Positions 20,228 through 30,834 are shown, counted from the stretch's first letter. The stretch: DNA of 64,000 nt from an uncultured Pseudanabaenaceae cyanobacterium (GCA_938002085.1 CALLAT010000009.1:75450-139449), one strand, 5' to 3'. Notes: generated by a model not told the origin, from the sequence alone. Program-made: numbers and translations.

Positions 20228-22537
20228 TTAGTTTTGGCTCCCGTTTTCTGAAAGCTCAACTCTTCGGAGGGCAACGCCAAGCCTCCTATCATCTTCAGAT
20301 AGAGATTGTGATGCCGGCGAAGTTGCATTAGGCACTTCAATTCTCACATTTATATATTGTTGCTTTAGATCATTCTTTGATAATGAGAGTGAATAGTTAC
20401 TAGCCTCACTATTCGTTACGCTGATGGTGCGTACGAGACGGTCATTGAGGTAGAGATAGATATCCTGTGGAGCATCCTCTGAAGCAGCATAGGTGCTCAT
20501 AATAAGCTCTAAATTTGCACTTTTGGCGTGCTCTGAGAAATACCGAGCAGGAAGTAACTGCAAATTTGCGCTAGGCCCAGACCAAACAAATGTTTCATCT
20601 AATCCTTGCCAACCCTGATCCAAAACAGATGCTATCTCCATTCGAGAAGCACAACTTTCTCCGACTTGAATGGCTGTTTCCTTCGAGTTTAAGCCGTCTT
20701 TCTTTTTCTTCGTCTCTCCAGTCGTTTGATGGAGGGTCACAACTGAATACAAGTCCTTCTCAACAACTTGATAGTTTGAGAGATTCCTTAGTGCAGAAAT
20801 AGAAGAACTAAATGCTTGTTTTTGCTTTTCTACATGTAGTTGCTTCTCATCCCAATAATGTGCACCTTTAAGCGTATCCATATAAGTCAATACGACTGCA
20901 TCAGCTGTCTGATTCTGTAAAATCGCTCCGACTCGCTCTGTAAGACATTCTCCTGCCCCCCCAAAAGGAAGTGTTCTCAAGAGATAAGGCCATGTTTCAC
21001 GAGCTTTCTCAAAATTCTTGTCTCCTCCTATGTTATATGTTTGGTATCCTCCCGTAGAAGCAATGTAGTTCACTATAAAATCATTGTAAATAGGTAAAAA
21101 AACGACCTTGTTCTCGGCATTAAAAATTTGGGAAAGGTAAGAGAAGCTAGAATCAACCTCCATTATCTCCTCCCTAAATCGGATTCCTGTCCATATCCTA
21201 GATGTGGGATTAGGGCAATTCCCAGCAATCAGTAAAGAAGTTAGGAATAAGGATATTAACTTATCTTTCCTTGTATGCTTTTCCTCTAACTCAAGAAATA
21301 GCAATACTGTTATGCCAAAAAATCCTGTAAACATTAATCCAGACCAGCGGTATGATGCTCGCATATTGCGAAACCCTGGCAGAGATCTGGATATAAAGGC
21401 ACTGCCAGTGGGGGCGATTGCAGCAGATTCTGGCATCACTCCTCCATCAATAATAGGGAGAGCTGATAGCTCTCCTACACGAATAGAGTTGAATTTTAAG
21501 GAAGGACCTAGCGATAAATAGAAGCCTAAGATCGATATTAAGAGTAAAGGTAGTACGAACTTTGACTTTCGCCCTTTTAAAAGTCCGAACCCACTTACAA
21601 GAATAAGAGGTAGAGAAAAAGTTGTCTGCCAAACGGATGCATCACCAAAAAAAAGTTTACCGCTACGTCGAGTACTGATCTGTAGAAAGTCCCACAATGC
21701 TGCAATGCCCTTAGATGGACGGAATAGCATGACTAAATCTATTCCCCATCCACGAAAAGCATCTATGCTGGATGGATTATAGTGAGTTGTACTCAGATAT
21801 GAGGTGTAGACAACGTAGGCAAACAAAAGTGAAATGCAGGCGATTATAAATATTTTGAATTTATGCTTAAATTCCCATTTTCTATCTATCCAAGCTGCAA
21901 GAAAAGTTAGTAAGAAACCAACTGCATGCATCATAAATGTATAGCCATCCATGAAAATAGATAACATGCTGACTAAACTGAATGTTATGAATCCTTTTAT
22001 GCAGCTAGATGAAAAGGAATTACTTTGAGAGCATTCGTAGACTAAATATAGTGATGCATAAATATAAAGTGGAAGCAGCGCAAAGCCAAATGAAACGTAG
22101 GAGTAACCTGCATGGACCCAAACAATAGGTAATGTCAAATAAATGGGAGCCAATGCAGCGCCCATCTTAAATGTCCCTCCCAGCAACTGGCATAGCTTTA
22201 TCGCTCCAAATAGTGATAAAGCCAACCAAAAAATAGCACATACAGAATAAGCATCTGCCGAGTGCAGGCCTAGAAACTGAATTAAGAAGCTTTGAAGGAT
22301 AGTGCTTGGTAGACCCAGAGGGATAGGTGCGGGGATTGGAATACCAAAATTAGTGGCTTTAATTGCAAAACCACCTACATTCGCAAAAGATTCTGCAAAT
22401 CCAGAAGCCCACAAAATTTGGCCTAGTGTAGGAATTGAGATACCAGGAATAGCTCCATAGACAATGACAATAATCGTCAAAGATAGGAAATAGCTAAAGC
22501 CAGAACTCTTGAGTAGTAAATTTTTCTTATCGCTCAT
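20228..22537 (-). CDS. Large polytopic membrane protein (~12+ TM in N-terminal 450 aa plus ~300-aa soluble C-domain), putative GT-C-type glycosyltransferase/polymerase
   Basis: 769 aa. Extremely hydrophobic N-terminal half with multiple Pro/Gly-containing helices. Sits in a low-GC block next to the GT2 polyprenol-P sugar synthase and small flippase. No family assigned with certainty. Confidence 0.5.
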   Translation of the reverse strand: MSDKKNLLLKSSGFSYFLSLTIIVIVYGAIPGISIPTLGQILWASGFAESFANVGGFAIKATNFGIPIPAPIPLGLPSTILQSFLIQFLGLHSADAYSVCAIFWLALSLFGAIKLCQLLGGTFKMGAALAPIYLTLPIVWVHAGYSYVSFGFALLPLYIYASLYLVYECSQSNSFSSSCIKGFITFSLVSMLSIFMDGYTFMMHAVGFLLTFLAAWIDRKWEFKHKFKIFIIACISLLFAYVVYTSYLSTTHYNPSSIDAFRGWGIDLVMLFRPSKGIAALWDFLQISTRRSGKLFFGDASVWQTTFSLPLILVSGFGLLKGRKSKFVLPLLLISILGFYLSLGPSLKFNSIRVGELSALPIIDGGVMPESAAIAPTGSAFISRSLPGFRNMRASYRWSGLMFTGFFGITVLLFLELEEKHTRKDKLISLFLTSLLIAGNCPNPTSRIWTGIRFREEIMEVDSSFSYLSQIFNAENKVVFLPIYNDFIVNYIASTGGYQTYNIGGDKNFEKARETWPYLLRTLPFGGAGECLTERVGAILQNQTADAVVLTYMDTLKGAHYWDEKQLHVEKQKQAFSSSISALRNLSNYQVVEKDLYSVVTLHQTTGETKKKKDGLNSKETAIQVGESCASRMEIASVLDQGWQGLDETFVWSGPSANLQLLPARYFSEHAKSANLELIMSTYAASEDAPQDIYLYLNDRLVRTISVTNSEASNYSLSLSKNDLKQQYINVRIEVPNATSPASQSLSEDDRRLGVALRRVELSENGSQN

Positions 22538-22782
22538 CTAGGATAGGCTCTCTTTTTAGATTCTTTTTTAAGTCAAGCTTGATCAGCATATTCACTTCGA
22601 AGGGAAAGACGAGAAATGCAGATATGCCGATCTTTTAGAAGTTGAAATAGGTTAAAAATTTAGTCGGATAAAATATTTCTTCGTGTATTTTTTTACATAA
22701 TAAAGGTTGGTTTATACTCTAGCTCTCCCTTAAAAAATCTCTTGTAATACCGACGCAGACCTTTGTAAGCATACCGAGATAA

Positions 22783-23775
22783 TTAGCTTCGTTTATACAA
22801 TAAAGATGTCCAGCCTAAGCCTGCATATATTCCAGACATTGCTAAGACAAAAGCATGCATACTCACACCTGCAATCAGAACTTTCTCAGGGTCTAGGCCA
22901 AGTAAAGAGAATCCCATCACCCATCCAGCCTCAAGCGTTCCGACACTACCTAAAGTATTAATGGGTAGGAGTTGTGTCAGACTAGCCAGGCTCGATCCAA
23001 CAATAACCTCTTGCCATGAGACGACTAAGCCTGCAGCACTCAGAAAGAGATTAAATAAACTGAGAAGAGACACCCAAATCAATCCTGAACACATAAATAG
23101 TTGAAAATGCAGTCTTATATCCTTGTATAGGCGTAACTCTTGATAGACCTGGGCTATCAGCTTAGATACCTTTCTAACTAAACGATGAATAGAAGTAGAG
23201 AATATATTCCTCTGACGACGTTTGGCAGTCACTCGCAAATGGAGACTATCTCTATATTTGATGTAGAGGAAGTACAAGATAGAGAATGCCATGAGAGCTA
23301 AAGCGACTTGCCCAACTAAAATCCATGAGATACTTGGCACTTGAAAATTGACTTGAAGCTGCTGACTGAGCTTCCATATACCAACAAGGACACAGCATAA
23401 TAGAAGTAGTGCATCATACAATCTAGCAATAATTAAGCAGGCGAGAGATGACGAGTATTTTGATTTTCCATACTTCTCTAGTAGGAATGGGAAGCTCATC
23501 TCTCCACTGCGCATAGGCAATATGTGGTTGAGGAATTGGTGGATGCATGTCACTCGCAACACCGTAAAAGGATGTGGATTTCCTTGAGTGGAGAGTAAGA
23601 TCTGAAATCGAGTTGCTCTAACCGACTGATTAAAAAAAACTAAGAAGGCAACTAGAAATATATTCTCTAAACTAAAGCTAGTGATGGCTGACTTAAAGCT
23701 TTCTACATCAACTACGACTATTAAAATGACGCAGAGTAGAAGAGTAAAAAAACTAATTCCGAGAAATTGCTTCAC
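22783..23775 (-). CDS. Polytopic membrane protein, lysylphosphatidylglycerol-synthase-TM/flippase-like domain family
   Basis: 330 aa, about 8 TM segments. Composition and layout resemble the flippase-like (LPG_synthase_TM) proteins that accompany GT2 enzymes. Low-GC coding sequence. Confidence 0.45.
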   Translation of the reverse strand: MKQFLGISFFTLLLCVILIVVVDVESFKSAITSFSLENIFLVAFLVFFNQSVRATRFQILLSTQGNPHPFTVLRVTCIHQFLNHILPMRSGEMSFPFLLEKYGKSKYSSSLACLIIARLYDALLLLCCVLVGIWKLSQQLQVNFQVPSISWILVGQVALALMAFSILYFLYIKYRDSLHLRVTAKRRQRNIFSTSIHRLVRKVSKLIAQVYQELRLYKDIRLHFQLFMCSGLIWVSLLSLFNLFLSAAGLVVSWQEVIVGSSLASLTQLLPINTLGSVGTLEAGWVMGFSLLGLDPEKVLIAGVSMHAFVLAMSGIYAGLGWTSLLYKRS

Positions 23776-23867
23776 TGATGCTGTTGGTTTAATATCTCCG
23801 TTGAAAGACTAGCAGAAAAGAGAGCTTGAGATAAAAGGATGGCTCTCAAATAAATCAAAACGGCTAA

Positions 23868-24503
23868 TTACTTAGCACGTAAGAGTAGTACCGTCCAAGG
23901 CAGTGGAGAAGCTACGGCCAAAATGTCAAACTTCTGACTGACAAGATTGATAAATCCTCGCTTTGACCAATGCTGTAGATGAGCAGGGCAGTTACCCCAG
24001 GAGGTTATATAGGCACCTCTGGCGAAGTTCATTGCCCTAAAAATAGGCTCCCTTGGCACACTGAGCAGGGCATAAGGTTTGGCTGCGGTATGCAAATTGT
24101 TGAGTCCTTGAATAGGATCCTCTAAATGCTCTAGCACTTCACAACAAACAACCATTTCAGCTTCTTTAGAGTCGTGCGAAAGGGTGTATATGCTTTGCTT
24201 CTTAAAAACAACTCGCTTGGAGTCTACATTTTGCTTGGCTTCTTGAATAATGGCGTCAGAGATATCTAATGCTTCGATTTCTGCAGAAGAATTCTGCAAA
24301 ATAATCTGGGTGATATGTCCTTCTCCACAGCCAACCTCTAACACATCAGTCGGCTGAATCTCTCTGATGAAGGATGCAATGGTTTTGTCAAAATTACTAA
24401 GGAGTAAACGCCCAATTGGGTTGCGAGTTTTATACTTGACTCCAGAGCCAACTACCACACTACCTTCAAATTTGAATGGGCTCTTTTTATAAGTGCTGCT
24501 CAT
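23868..24503 (-). CDS. Class I SAM-dependent methyltransferase
   Basis: 211 aa. Motif I VLEVGCGEGHIT, motif post-I EALDISD, acidic motif II CCEVLEHL. Confidence 0.75.
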   Translation of the reverse strand: MSSTYKKSPFKFEGSVVVGSGVKYKTRNPIGRLLLSNFDKTIASFIREIQPTDVLEVGCGEGHITQIILQNSSAEIEALDISDAIIQEAKQNVDSKRVVFKKQSIYTLSHDSKEAEMVVCCEVLEHLEDPIQGLNNLHTAAKPYALLSVPREPIFRAMNFARGAYITSWGNCPAHLQHWSKRGFINLVSQKFDILAVASPLPWTVLLLRAK

Positions 24504-24569
24504 ATTCGTCCAACCTTTTCGAAAAATACTGTCTAAATAGATGAAGAAATAAGTTTTTGTTGTCGTTCT

Positions 24570-25193
24570 CTAGCTATTCCTAGAGGCAGAAACGGGAATA
24601 TTTCCCTTTATTTTTCCGGCCTCAATAGATGACGTCGTAAATTCTGGAGACAGGACAACCATTTGATTCGCACCCAGCAAAAAGCGCCTATAGATAAGAA
24701 TTGGGCAGTCCGCAATTTGGGCTATACGCTGTAAAGATGACCTGTCCAACAGCATTTCATGCTCTTCGCTCGCATGGGCACTGAATAACCCCAGCTTTGC
24801 CCCGACATCATGGACCCATTCCAGGCTTGGGTGGGGGGTTGTTAAGACGATCCGACTCTGGCGATTAGGTTGAAGATAGCGGCATAGGTTTTTCAGAAAT
24901 AGATCGGGTTGAGGCACATGCTCAATAACTGCTAAAGAAACGACTGTATCGAAACTTGTTGGTTTTGGCATTTCCATTTGGAATTTATGCCTGGGGAATC
25001 GATGTCGAGCAATGTTGATTGATTCCTCATCATAGTCAACACCAAAATAAAGCTCGGGATCGACTAATGCTGCAAGAGAACCAGCACCACAGCCAATATC
25101 TAAAATGCGACCTCGTAGAAATGGGCTAATTGCTTTGATACGGCATTCTCTTAAGAAAGGAGACAACAAACCTTCGGCACCTTGATCAGCCAT
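24570..25193 (-). CDS. Class I SAM-dependent methyltransferase
   Basis: 207 aa. ILDIGCGAGSLAALV motif I, VDYDEESI, LAVIEHVPQP. Confidence 0.75.
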   Translation of the reverse strand: MADQGAEGLLSPFLRECRIKAISPFLRGRILDIGCGAGSLAALVDPELYFGVDYDEESINIARHRFPRHKFQMEMPKPTSFDTVVSLAVIEHVPQPDLFLKNLCRYLQPNRQSRIVLTTPHPSLEWVHDVGAKLGLFSAHASEEHEMLLDRSSLQRIAQIADCPILIYRRFLLGANQMVVLSPEFTTSSIEAGKIKGNIPVSASRNS

Positions 25194-25248
25194 CGATCCC
25201 TCTCTAGCTCAACTTTAAACCGTTAAATCTATCCTATTCGAGCCAATA

Positions 25249-26331
25249 TTACAGCTTATGGCTCAATATTGACAGGGTGGCTTCCCCAGTATTCTTCCAG
25301 CTAAAGCGGCTTGCTTGAGCAAGGCCTTGAGTCGCTAGCTGCCTACATAATGCTGCATCCTTTAGTAAGGATTTCATCGCTTGTTCTAGAGCCAGTTGAT
25401 CGGTTAAATCAACCTGTAGTGCTGCCTCTCCCGTTACTTCTGATAGCGCACCTGCATGGCTTGTAATCACTGGTGTCCCACAGGCTAAAGCTTCTAAGAC
25501 TGGCAAGCCAAAGCCTTCCCATGCACTTGGAAAGACAAAGGCGATCGCCTGATTAATCAATCGAGGCAAATCAGCATATGGCACATAGCCCAGGAATTTA
25601 ACTTGCTCTACGACTCCCAGCTCCTTTGCCTGGGCCTTGAGTTTGGGGGTGAAGCGAGGATCTGCAACACCCGCGATCCAGAGCTCACAATCTGAGGATT
25701 TGGGTAATTTGGCAAAGGCGGCGATCGCTTTGTCGATGCCTTTGTAGGGGTCATGGCGACCGATGTAGAGGAAGTAGTTTTTTCGAGGCAGGTCTAAGGG
25801 GTTGAAATGGTCCGCATCGTAGGCCAAGGGAATCGGTGTGATCTTGGATGCAGCTATATTGCCAAAGCGCATGACATCATCTGCTGTGGATTGGGAGTTG
25901 CAGATGATGTGCACGGCTTGGTTCAGAACTTGGGGAACGATGAAACGAAAGTAATTGGTGAGTGGCGATCGCCAGCGGGGAAACCGTAGAGGAATAAAAT
26001 CATGGACCATGACGACGGTGCGGCAGCCTCTCCAAAGTGGCATCTCCGGCACAGGTGAAAAGATGAGTGAGGATTGGTGAGACTTGTAATGGCGAGGAAG
26101 TTCCGTTTGGTTCCACAAGAGGCGGCGAGCATGGCCTTTGGAACCCTGCTCAGGCGTTAGATTGGCCTGGATGGTTTGGGTTTGAAAATTGGGGAAACGC
26201 TGGGGCTGGGCGGTGAGGAGGGTGGGATCGAGTGCTGCAAGATGGGGGACGACGTTCAGGGCATAGGTGCTGATGCCGGTGGGTCGTTCCATCAGCATTG
26301 CTAAGTTGATGAGTAGCCCTGAATCAGTCAT
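25249..26331 (-). CDS. GT4 (GT-B fold) glycosyltransferase
   Basis: 360 aa. C-terminal FVFPSAWEGFGLPVLEALACGTPVITS (E-x7-E motif region) typical of group 1 glycosyltransferases. Confidence 0.85.
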   Translation of the reverse strand: MTDSGLLINLAMLMERPTGISTYALNVVPHLAALDPTLLTAQPQRFPNFQTQTIQANLTPEQGSKGHARRLLWNQTELPRHYKSHQSSLIFSPVPEMPLWRGCRTVVMVHDFIPLRFPRWRSPLTNYFRFIVPQVLNQAVHIICNSQSTADDVMRFGNIAASKITPIPLAYDADHFNPLDLPRKNYFLYIGRHDPYKGIDKAIAAFAKLPKSSDCELWIAGVADPRFTPKLKAQAKELGVVEQVKFLGYVPYADLPRLINQAIAFVFPSAWEGFGLPVLEALACGTPVITSHAGALSEVTGEAALQVDLTDQLALEQAMKSLLKDAALCRQLATQGLAQASRFSWKNTGEATLSILSHKL

Positions 26332-26381
26332 CTCGCTGGATGCTCCTCTGTGACTTTGACTGTGCTGGTGTCAATAGAATC

Positions 26382-28184
26382 CTATTGACCTACCATGGCC
26401 TGAAACTCTGAGTTGCGAGCTAGCAATTCGTCGTAGGTTCCAACATCGGCGATCGCGCCTTCCTTCATCCAGTAGATGCGATCGCAGTTGCGAATCGTAC
26501 TCAAGCGATGGGCAATCACCACCAAGGTCTTTTGGCCAATCAGGCTTTCCATCGCTCGGACAATCTCCCGTTCTGTGCCGTTATCCAGGGCTGCTGTGGC
26601 TTCATCCATCACAACGACTTCTGGATTGTGATAAAGCGCGCGGGCAATGGCAATGCGTTGGCGCTGTCCCCCCGAAATTCTGACCCCCTGCTCGCCCACA
26701 CGGCTATTCAAGCGCATGGGCAAACCTCGAATGAAATCTTCGAGTTGTGCTAGACGCAGAACCTGCCAGACTCGATTGTCATCAATGGTGGAATCTGCCA
26801 GTCCAAAGGCGACATTGCGGCGAATTGTATCGTCTGAGAGATAGACCTGCTGCGGAATATAGCCGACCTGTTGTTGCCAAGCCAACAAATTCTTGTCGAT
26901 GGTTTGTCCGTCAACCAGAATCTGTCCCGCCATGGGTTGGAGCAGTCCCAGTAATAGATCCACTAAGGTGGTTTTGCCTGCTCCGGAAGGTCCTGCTAGG
27001 CCAATGGCTTCACCCCGTTTCAGTTCCAGCGAGACCGAATTCAAAGACAGGCTTTTAGAGTCCGGATAGACATAGCTCACCTGGTCTAAAACAATCGATT
27101 CCTGGAGGCTTCGGGGTTGTATGTAGGCTGGCAAACTCTCGTAGCGCGCTAGAAAGTTCTCGTCTTGGGGAATGGCGGTGATATCGGCGTGAACCGCATC
27201 TAGTGCTTTGCTATAGAAACGGATCGTCGTAACCGCAGCCACAATGCGGTTCAGAGACATCATTAGCCGGAATGCGGCGGCGGCAAACAGGGTGAGCAAT
27301 AAAAGCAATGACCGGGGTCGACGTCCCTGGGTTAAGTCCACCACCAGAACCACAAGCAGACAGACGACGGCGAGGGTTTCGATGAATAGGCGGGGTAGCT
27401 TATTGACGAATTGGATGCGCTGGGTCGCTTGGGTATAGCGCTCAACATGGAACCCATAGCGCTCTAAAAAGTAAGGCTCCCGGCCAAGAACTTTGGTCTC
27501 TTTGATGCTGCCTAGACCCTGGTTGACCCACTGGATCATGCGGCCAATGTGGCGATGTTGGCGGCGGCCCCAGAGCTCAATACGTCGCCGAAAACCGTGA
27601 TAAAACACGAGCATAGCGACCCCCAAAAGCGTGACTGCGATCAATGAGGAGATCGGTTCTGCTGCTAGCAACAGCAGGGAGATGCAGATGGCAATTAAAG
27701 ACTCGGTCAACAAAATCATGACGTCGCGCATGACTTCGTTGAATAAATTGGGGATCTCTACGTTGATATTGCGTAGCAGATCCGCTGTGTTGCGCTTGAG
27801 GTGAAATGGATAAGGCTGCTGTAAGTATTGAGATAAGAGTTGCTGGGAAACTTTGCTTTGCTTGCGGTAGATGAACTGGGTTTGCAGATATCCCAACCAA
27901 GCCAAATAACCGTTTTTGCCAATATAGAGACCCATGAGAGCCACGCAGGCCCATTGCACGAAGGTGCGGTAGTCCTCAAATCCTGCGAAATTATAAGCCC
28001 AGCCCACGACGCCGACTTCGCGCACTGCCTTAGCACTACCGAGCAAGCCCACGAAGGAGGGGATAACGCCCACCCCTAAGGTTTCGACAATCGCACCGAT
28101 GAGGGTGAGCGCAACGATGAATAGGAACTCTAGGCGATCACGACTATCCAGAAGACGATTAATCTTGCGAAATATCTGCACCAC
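26382..28184 (-). CDS. ABC exporter, fused TMD-NBD (MsbA/type I exporter-like)
   Basis: 600 aa. Six N-terminal TM helices. Walker A GPSGAGKTT, signature ISGGQRQRIAIARAL, Walker B VVVMDEATAALD. Confidence 0.9.
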   Translation of the reverse strand: MVQIFRKINRLLDSRDRLEFLFIVALTLIGAIVETLGVGVIPSFVGLLGSAKAVREVGVVGWAYNFAGFEDYRTFVQWACVALMGLYIGKNGYLAWLGYLQTQFIYRKQSKVSQQLLSQYLQQPYPFHLKRNTADLLRNINVEIPNLFNEVMRDVMILLTESLIAICISLLLLAAEPISSLIAVTLLGVAMLVFYHGFRRRIELWGRRQHRHIGRMIQWVNQGLGSIKETKVLGREPYFLERYGFHVERYTQATQRIQFVNKLPRLFIETLAVVCLLVVLVVDLTQGRRPRSLLLLLTLFAAAAFRLMMSLNRIVAAVTTIRFYSKALDAVHADITAIPQDENFLARYESLPAYIQPRSLQESIVLDQVSYVYPDSKSLSLNSVSLELKRGEAIGLAGPSGAGKTTLVDLLLGLLQPMAGQILVDGQTIDKNLLAWQQQVGYIPQQVYLSDDTIRRNVAFGLADSTIDDNRVWQVLRLAQLEDFIRGLPMRLNSRVGEQGVRISGGQRQRIAIARALYHNPEVVVMDEATAALDNGTEREIVRAMESLIGQKTLVVIAHRLSTIRNCDRIYWMKEGAIADVGTYDELLARNSEFQAMVGQ

Positions 28185-28420
28185 GGCGAGCTGTACCCAT
28201 GAGATTTCCTCGGCTCGAAAGCCGCCTCCATCTTACTGATCAACTGTGCAGCCAGAATAGGACGCTGTTGTTGTATCAATAACGACATTTATTGTTGCGA
28301 TAAGTAAAAATAGCTGAGCTGTGGCTGTGCAGTGATCCAGCCAGGTCCATATTTGCTCAACTAGTAATCTCTCCTTCAGGGATATTTGCTGGCTCCTGGG
28401 TGAAGGATGGGGCACTGCAT

Positions 28421-29413
28421 CTATCTTTCCTGGAGATTTCTGCCTTTGGTGGGTAAGCCATCTTGCCAGACCGTCAGGACCTGGGCGGGACGATGGAGTA
28501 ACTTGCGGCGACGGAACCAAGCCAAATTGGGCAGCGCAATCCAACCCAGCATCTTAATTAGCGTCGTGGGCCAAATCCAGCGTCGCCATCTTAATAGTTC
28601 GACCCCGCTGGTCCAGAGCAATTGGCCTGCAAAAGACCAAAACTGGGCATCGTCAAAGCGACTGATTTGAGTGTCTTGTTCCACCTTGGTTAGGGCATAG
28701 CCCAAAACCCAGCTCTCGGGCACCCGATTAAACTTACTTTGGAGCATCTCTAACACCTCTTGGTGCATCGAGACTGCTTGCCCTAGGGTTTTATTCTCCT
28801 CATGGAGGCGGGAGGCGGCTAGGGGCACTGGTAAATAATGGAAGCGCACTTTCTGACCATAGCGAAGCCACAGCTCGTAATCGAGGCAGTAGTGCAGCGA
28901 AACGTTTAAGGCGCCGAGTTGCTCGATCAGTCGTCGACGAAAGAAGACGGCTGGTTGACAGAGAAAACAGGTTTGCTGAAGGCGTCGGTAGCTCCATTTC
29001 TCTGTGGGAAATGGCTCAATAATATGGTCTGCCTCATCGACCCATTTGGCCTGTCCGTAGACTACGTCTACGTCGTCATGGGCATCGAAAAAAGCCTGCA
29101 CCTGCTCGAAGGCTTGGGGATAGTAAAGATCATCGGAGTTGATCCAGGCGATGATATCTCCTTGGGTCATGGCAATGCCCTTGTTGATCGCATCGGCTTG
29201 GCCCTGGTCCGGTTCGGAAATCCAGCGCAGGCGATCGCCATAGCGCTGCAAAATCTCGACTGTGCCGTCACTACTCCCTCCGTCGCACACCACGTAGTCG
29301 AAGGTCACGTTCTGCTGGGCTAGGACACTCAGAATAGTGCGTTCAATAAATTCCCCTTGGCGGAATGAAGGGGTAATTACACTGAACCTCGGAATACTGC
29401 GCTGGGGAGTCAT
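28421..29413 (-). CDS. GT2 glycosyltransferase
   Basis: FSVITPSFRQGEFIERTILSVLAQ...VVCDGGSSDGT...INSDD motifs. Start placed at the internal ATG (MTPQ...) to avoid overlapping the upstream gene's 3' end. Confidence 0.8.
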   Translation of the reverse strand: MTPQRSIPRFSVITPSFRQGEFIERTILSVLAQQNVTFDYVVCDGGSSDGTVEILQRYGDRLRWISEPDQGQADAINKGIAMTQGDIIAWINSDDLYYPQAFEQVQAFFDAHDDVDVVYGQAKWVDEADHIIEPFPTEKWSYRRLQQTCFLCQPAVFFRRRLIEQLGALNVSLHYCLDYELWLRYGQKVRFHYLPVPLAASRLHEENKTLGQAVSMHQEVLEMLQSKFNRVPESWVLGYALTKVEQDTQISRFDDAQFWSFAGQLLWTSGVELLRWRRWIWPTTLIKMLGWIALPNLAWFRRRKLLHRPAQVLTVWQDGLPTKGRNLQER

Positions 29414-29423
29414 TGTGGCCAAG

Positions 29424-30806
29424 CTAGAGCAGGCTCCGGTAAGCCTTAAGAGTTTCTTCTGCGGTTCTGCGCCAGGAGAACTGTGCTGCCTGGGCATATC
29501 CCTTTTCAATCAAGTTTTCCCGTAGGGCTGAACTGTCAATCAGCTGCCAAATCTGCTCTGCTATTTCTGCCGGCACGTTGGGATTAGCATAGAGAGCTGC
29601 ATCTCCGGCGACCTCGGGCAGAGAAGAGACGTTTGAGGTGACGACTGGAGCCCCTAGGGTCATGGCTTCTAAGACAGGTAGTCCAAATCCCTCGTAGAAA
29701 GAGGGGTAGACAAAGACATCCGCTTTGGAATAAAGGGCTTGAACCTGGCGATCACCCAGATAATTTAAGTGATGAATATTGTCACGCCAAGGGGAGCGAG
29801 CGATCGCTTCAAAAATGGGCTCATAGTGCCAGCCCTTCTTGCCAACGAGCAGTAGATCGTGATCCACGCCATGGTCAGACTTGAGGCGATTAAAAGCTTC
29901 CACTAGGTTGTTGATATTCTTGCGAGGCTCGATTGTACTCACGAAGAGTAAAAAAGGCTTCTTCCTATCATAGGAACTTGACTTCGCTAGGTCATCCAGG
30001 ATTCTATCGGTTTCACCGTAGCGAATCGTACGCACCTCACCGGCTGCAGGACGTGAACTGACCCCCACCGGAGTGGCTAGGGGCATCCGTCCAGCTGAGC
30101 CGCCCTGAAAGCCCTCGGCGATCTGAGAGCGTCGAATGTGATTGCCCGCTGCGACCCCAACTTCTTGCCCTAAACCCACCTTCATCTCCAGGGCAGAGGG
30201 AATGGAACAAGCTGCTGGGGCATATTGGCTGGCCAGCGGAGTCACCCAAACTTTATCTGCATCGACCCCCAGGTACTCAACGATGTCTCGCTTGGAACTC
30301 TCAGAAATCGTGATGACTAGGTCCGTCCAGCTGAGACAACGCTCTACCTGGGCTCGATAGGTCTTGACCACATTGTCGACAAACTCGGGATACCGAATGA
30401 AGGTCAAGTCGTAGATATTCATCACGGTTTTGGCCTTACGAGAAGGACAAACCGAATAATTTGTACCGTGAATAATCCCAGCTTGGTCGAAGCGGCGATC
30501 TATATGGGAGGTCAATAAATGCTGCAACGGCGGTGCATTGTAAGCGCCTGCGAGCAATGGGGTGGATAGACGAACCGGTAGGTCCCAAACATGACAGGGA
30601 TGCTTTCCACAGCTCACATTGGGAACCGAAGGCCGACGCATCAACCAGTTCTTCAACCCAGGTTGAAAAAGAGTTTCCACGGTATAGCCAGGCTCGACAG
30701 ACTCGGCCGCGATCGCCTCTAAGGCTCGCACCAAGTTGATTACATAAAGACCGACCCCACTGGGATAGGGGGTCACTGGCGTCACATCAATCAGCGCCTT
30801 TAACAC
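29424..30806 (-). CDS. GT4 glycosyltransferase (two Rossmann-like halves)
   Basis: 460 aa. C-terminal VFVYPSFYEGFGLPVLEAMTLGAPVVTS motif. Confidence 0.8.
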   Translation of the reverse strand: MLKALIDVTPVTPYPSGVGLYVINLVRALEAIAAESVEPGYTVETLFQPGLKNWLMRRPSVPNVSCGKHPCHVWDLPVRLSTPLLAGAYNAPPLQHLLTSHIDRRFDQAGIIHGTNYSVCPSRKAKTVMNIYDLTFIRYPEFVDNVVKTYRAQVERCLSWTDLVITISESSKRDIVEYLGVDADKVWVTPLASQYAPAACSIPSALEMKVGLGQEVGVAAGNHIRRSQIAEGFQGGSAGRMPLATPVGVSSRPAAGEVRTIRYGETDRILDDLAKSSSYDRKKPFLLFVSTIEPRKNINNLVEAFNRLKSDHGVDHDLLLVGKKGWHYEPIFEAIARSPWRDNIHHLNYLGDRQVQALYSKADVFVYPSFYEGFGLPVLEAMTLGAPVVTSNVSSLPEVAGDAALYANPNVPAEIAEQIWQLIDSSALRENLIEKGYAQAAQFSWRRTAEETLKAYRSLL

Positions 30807-30834
30807 AGGGCAATGATTCTCCTAGCGGACAAAC

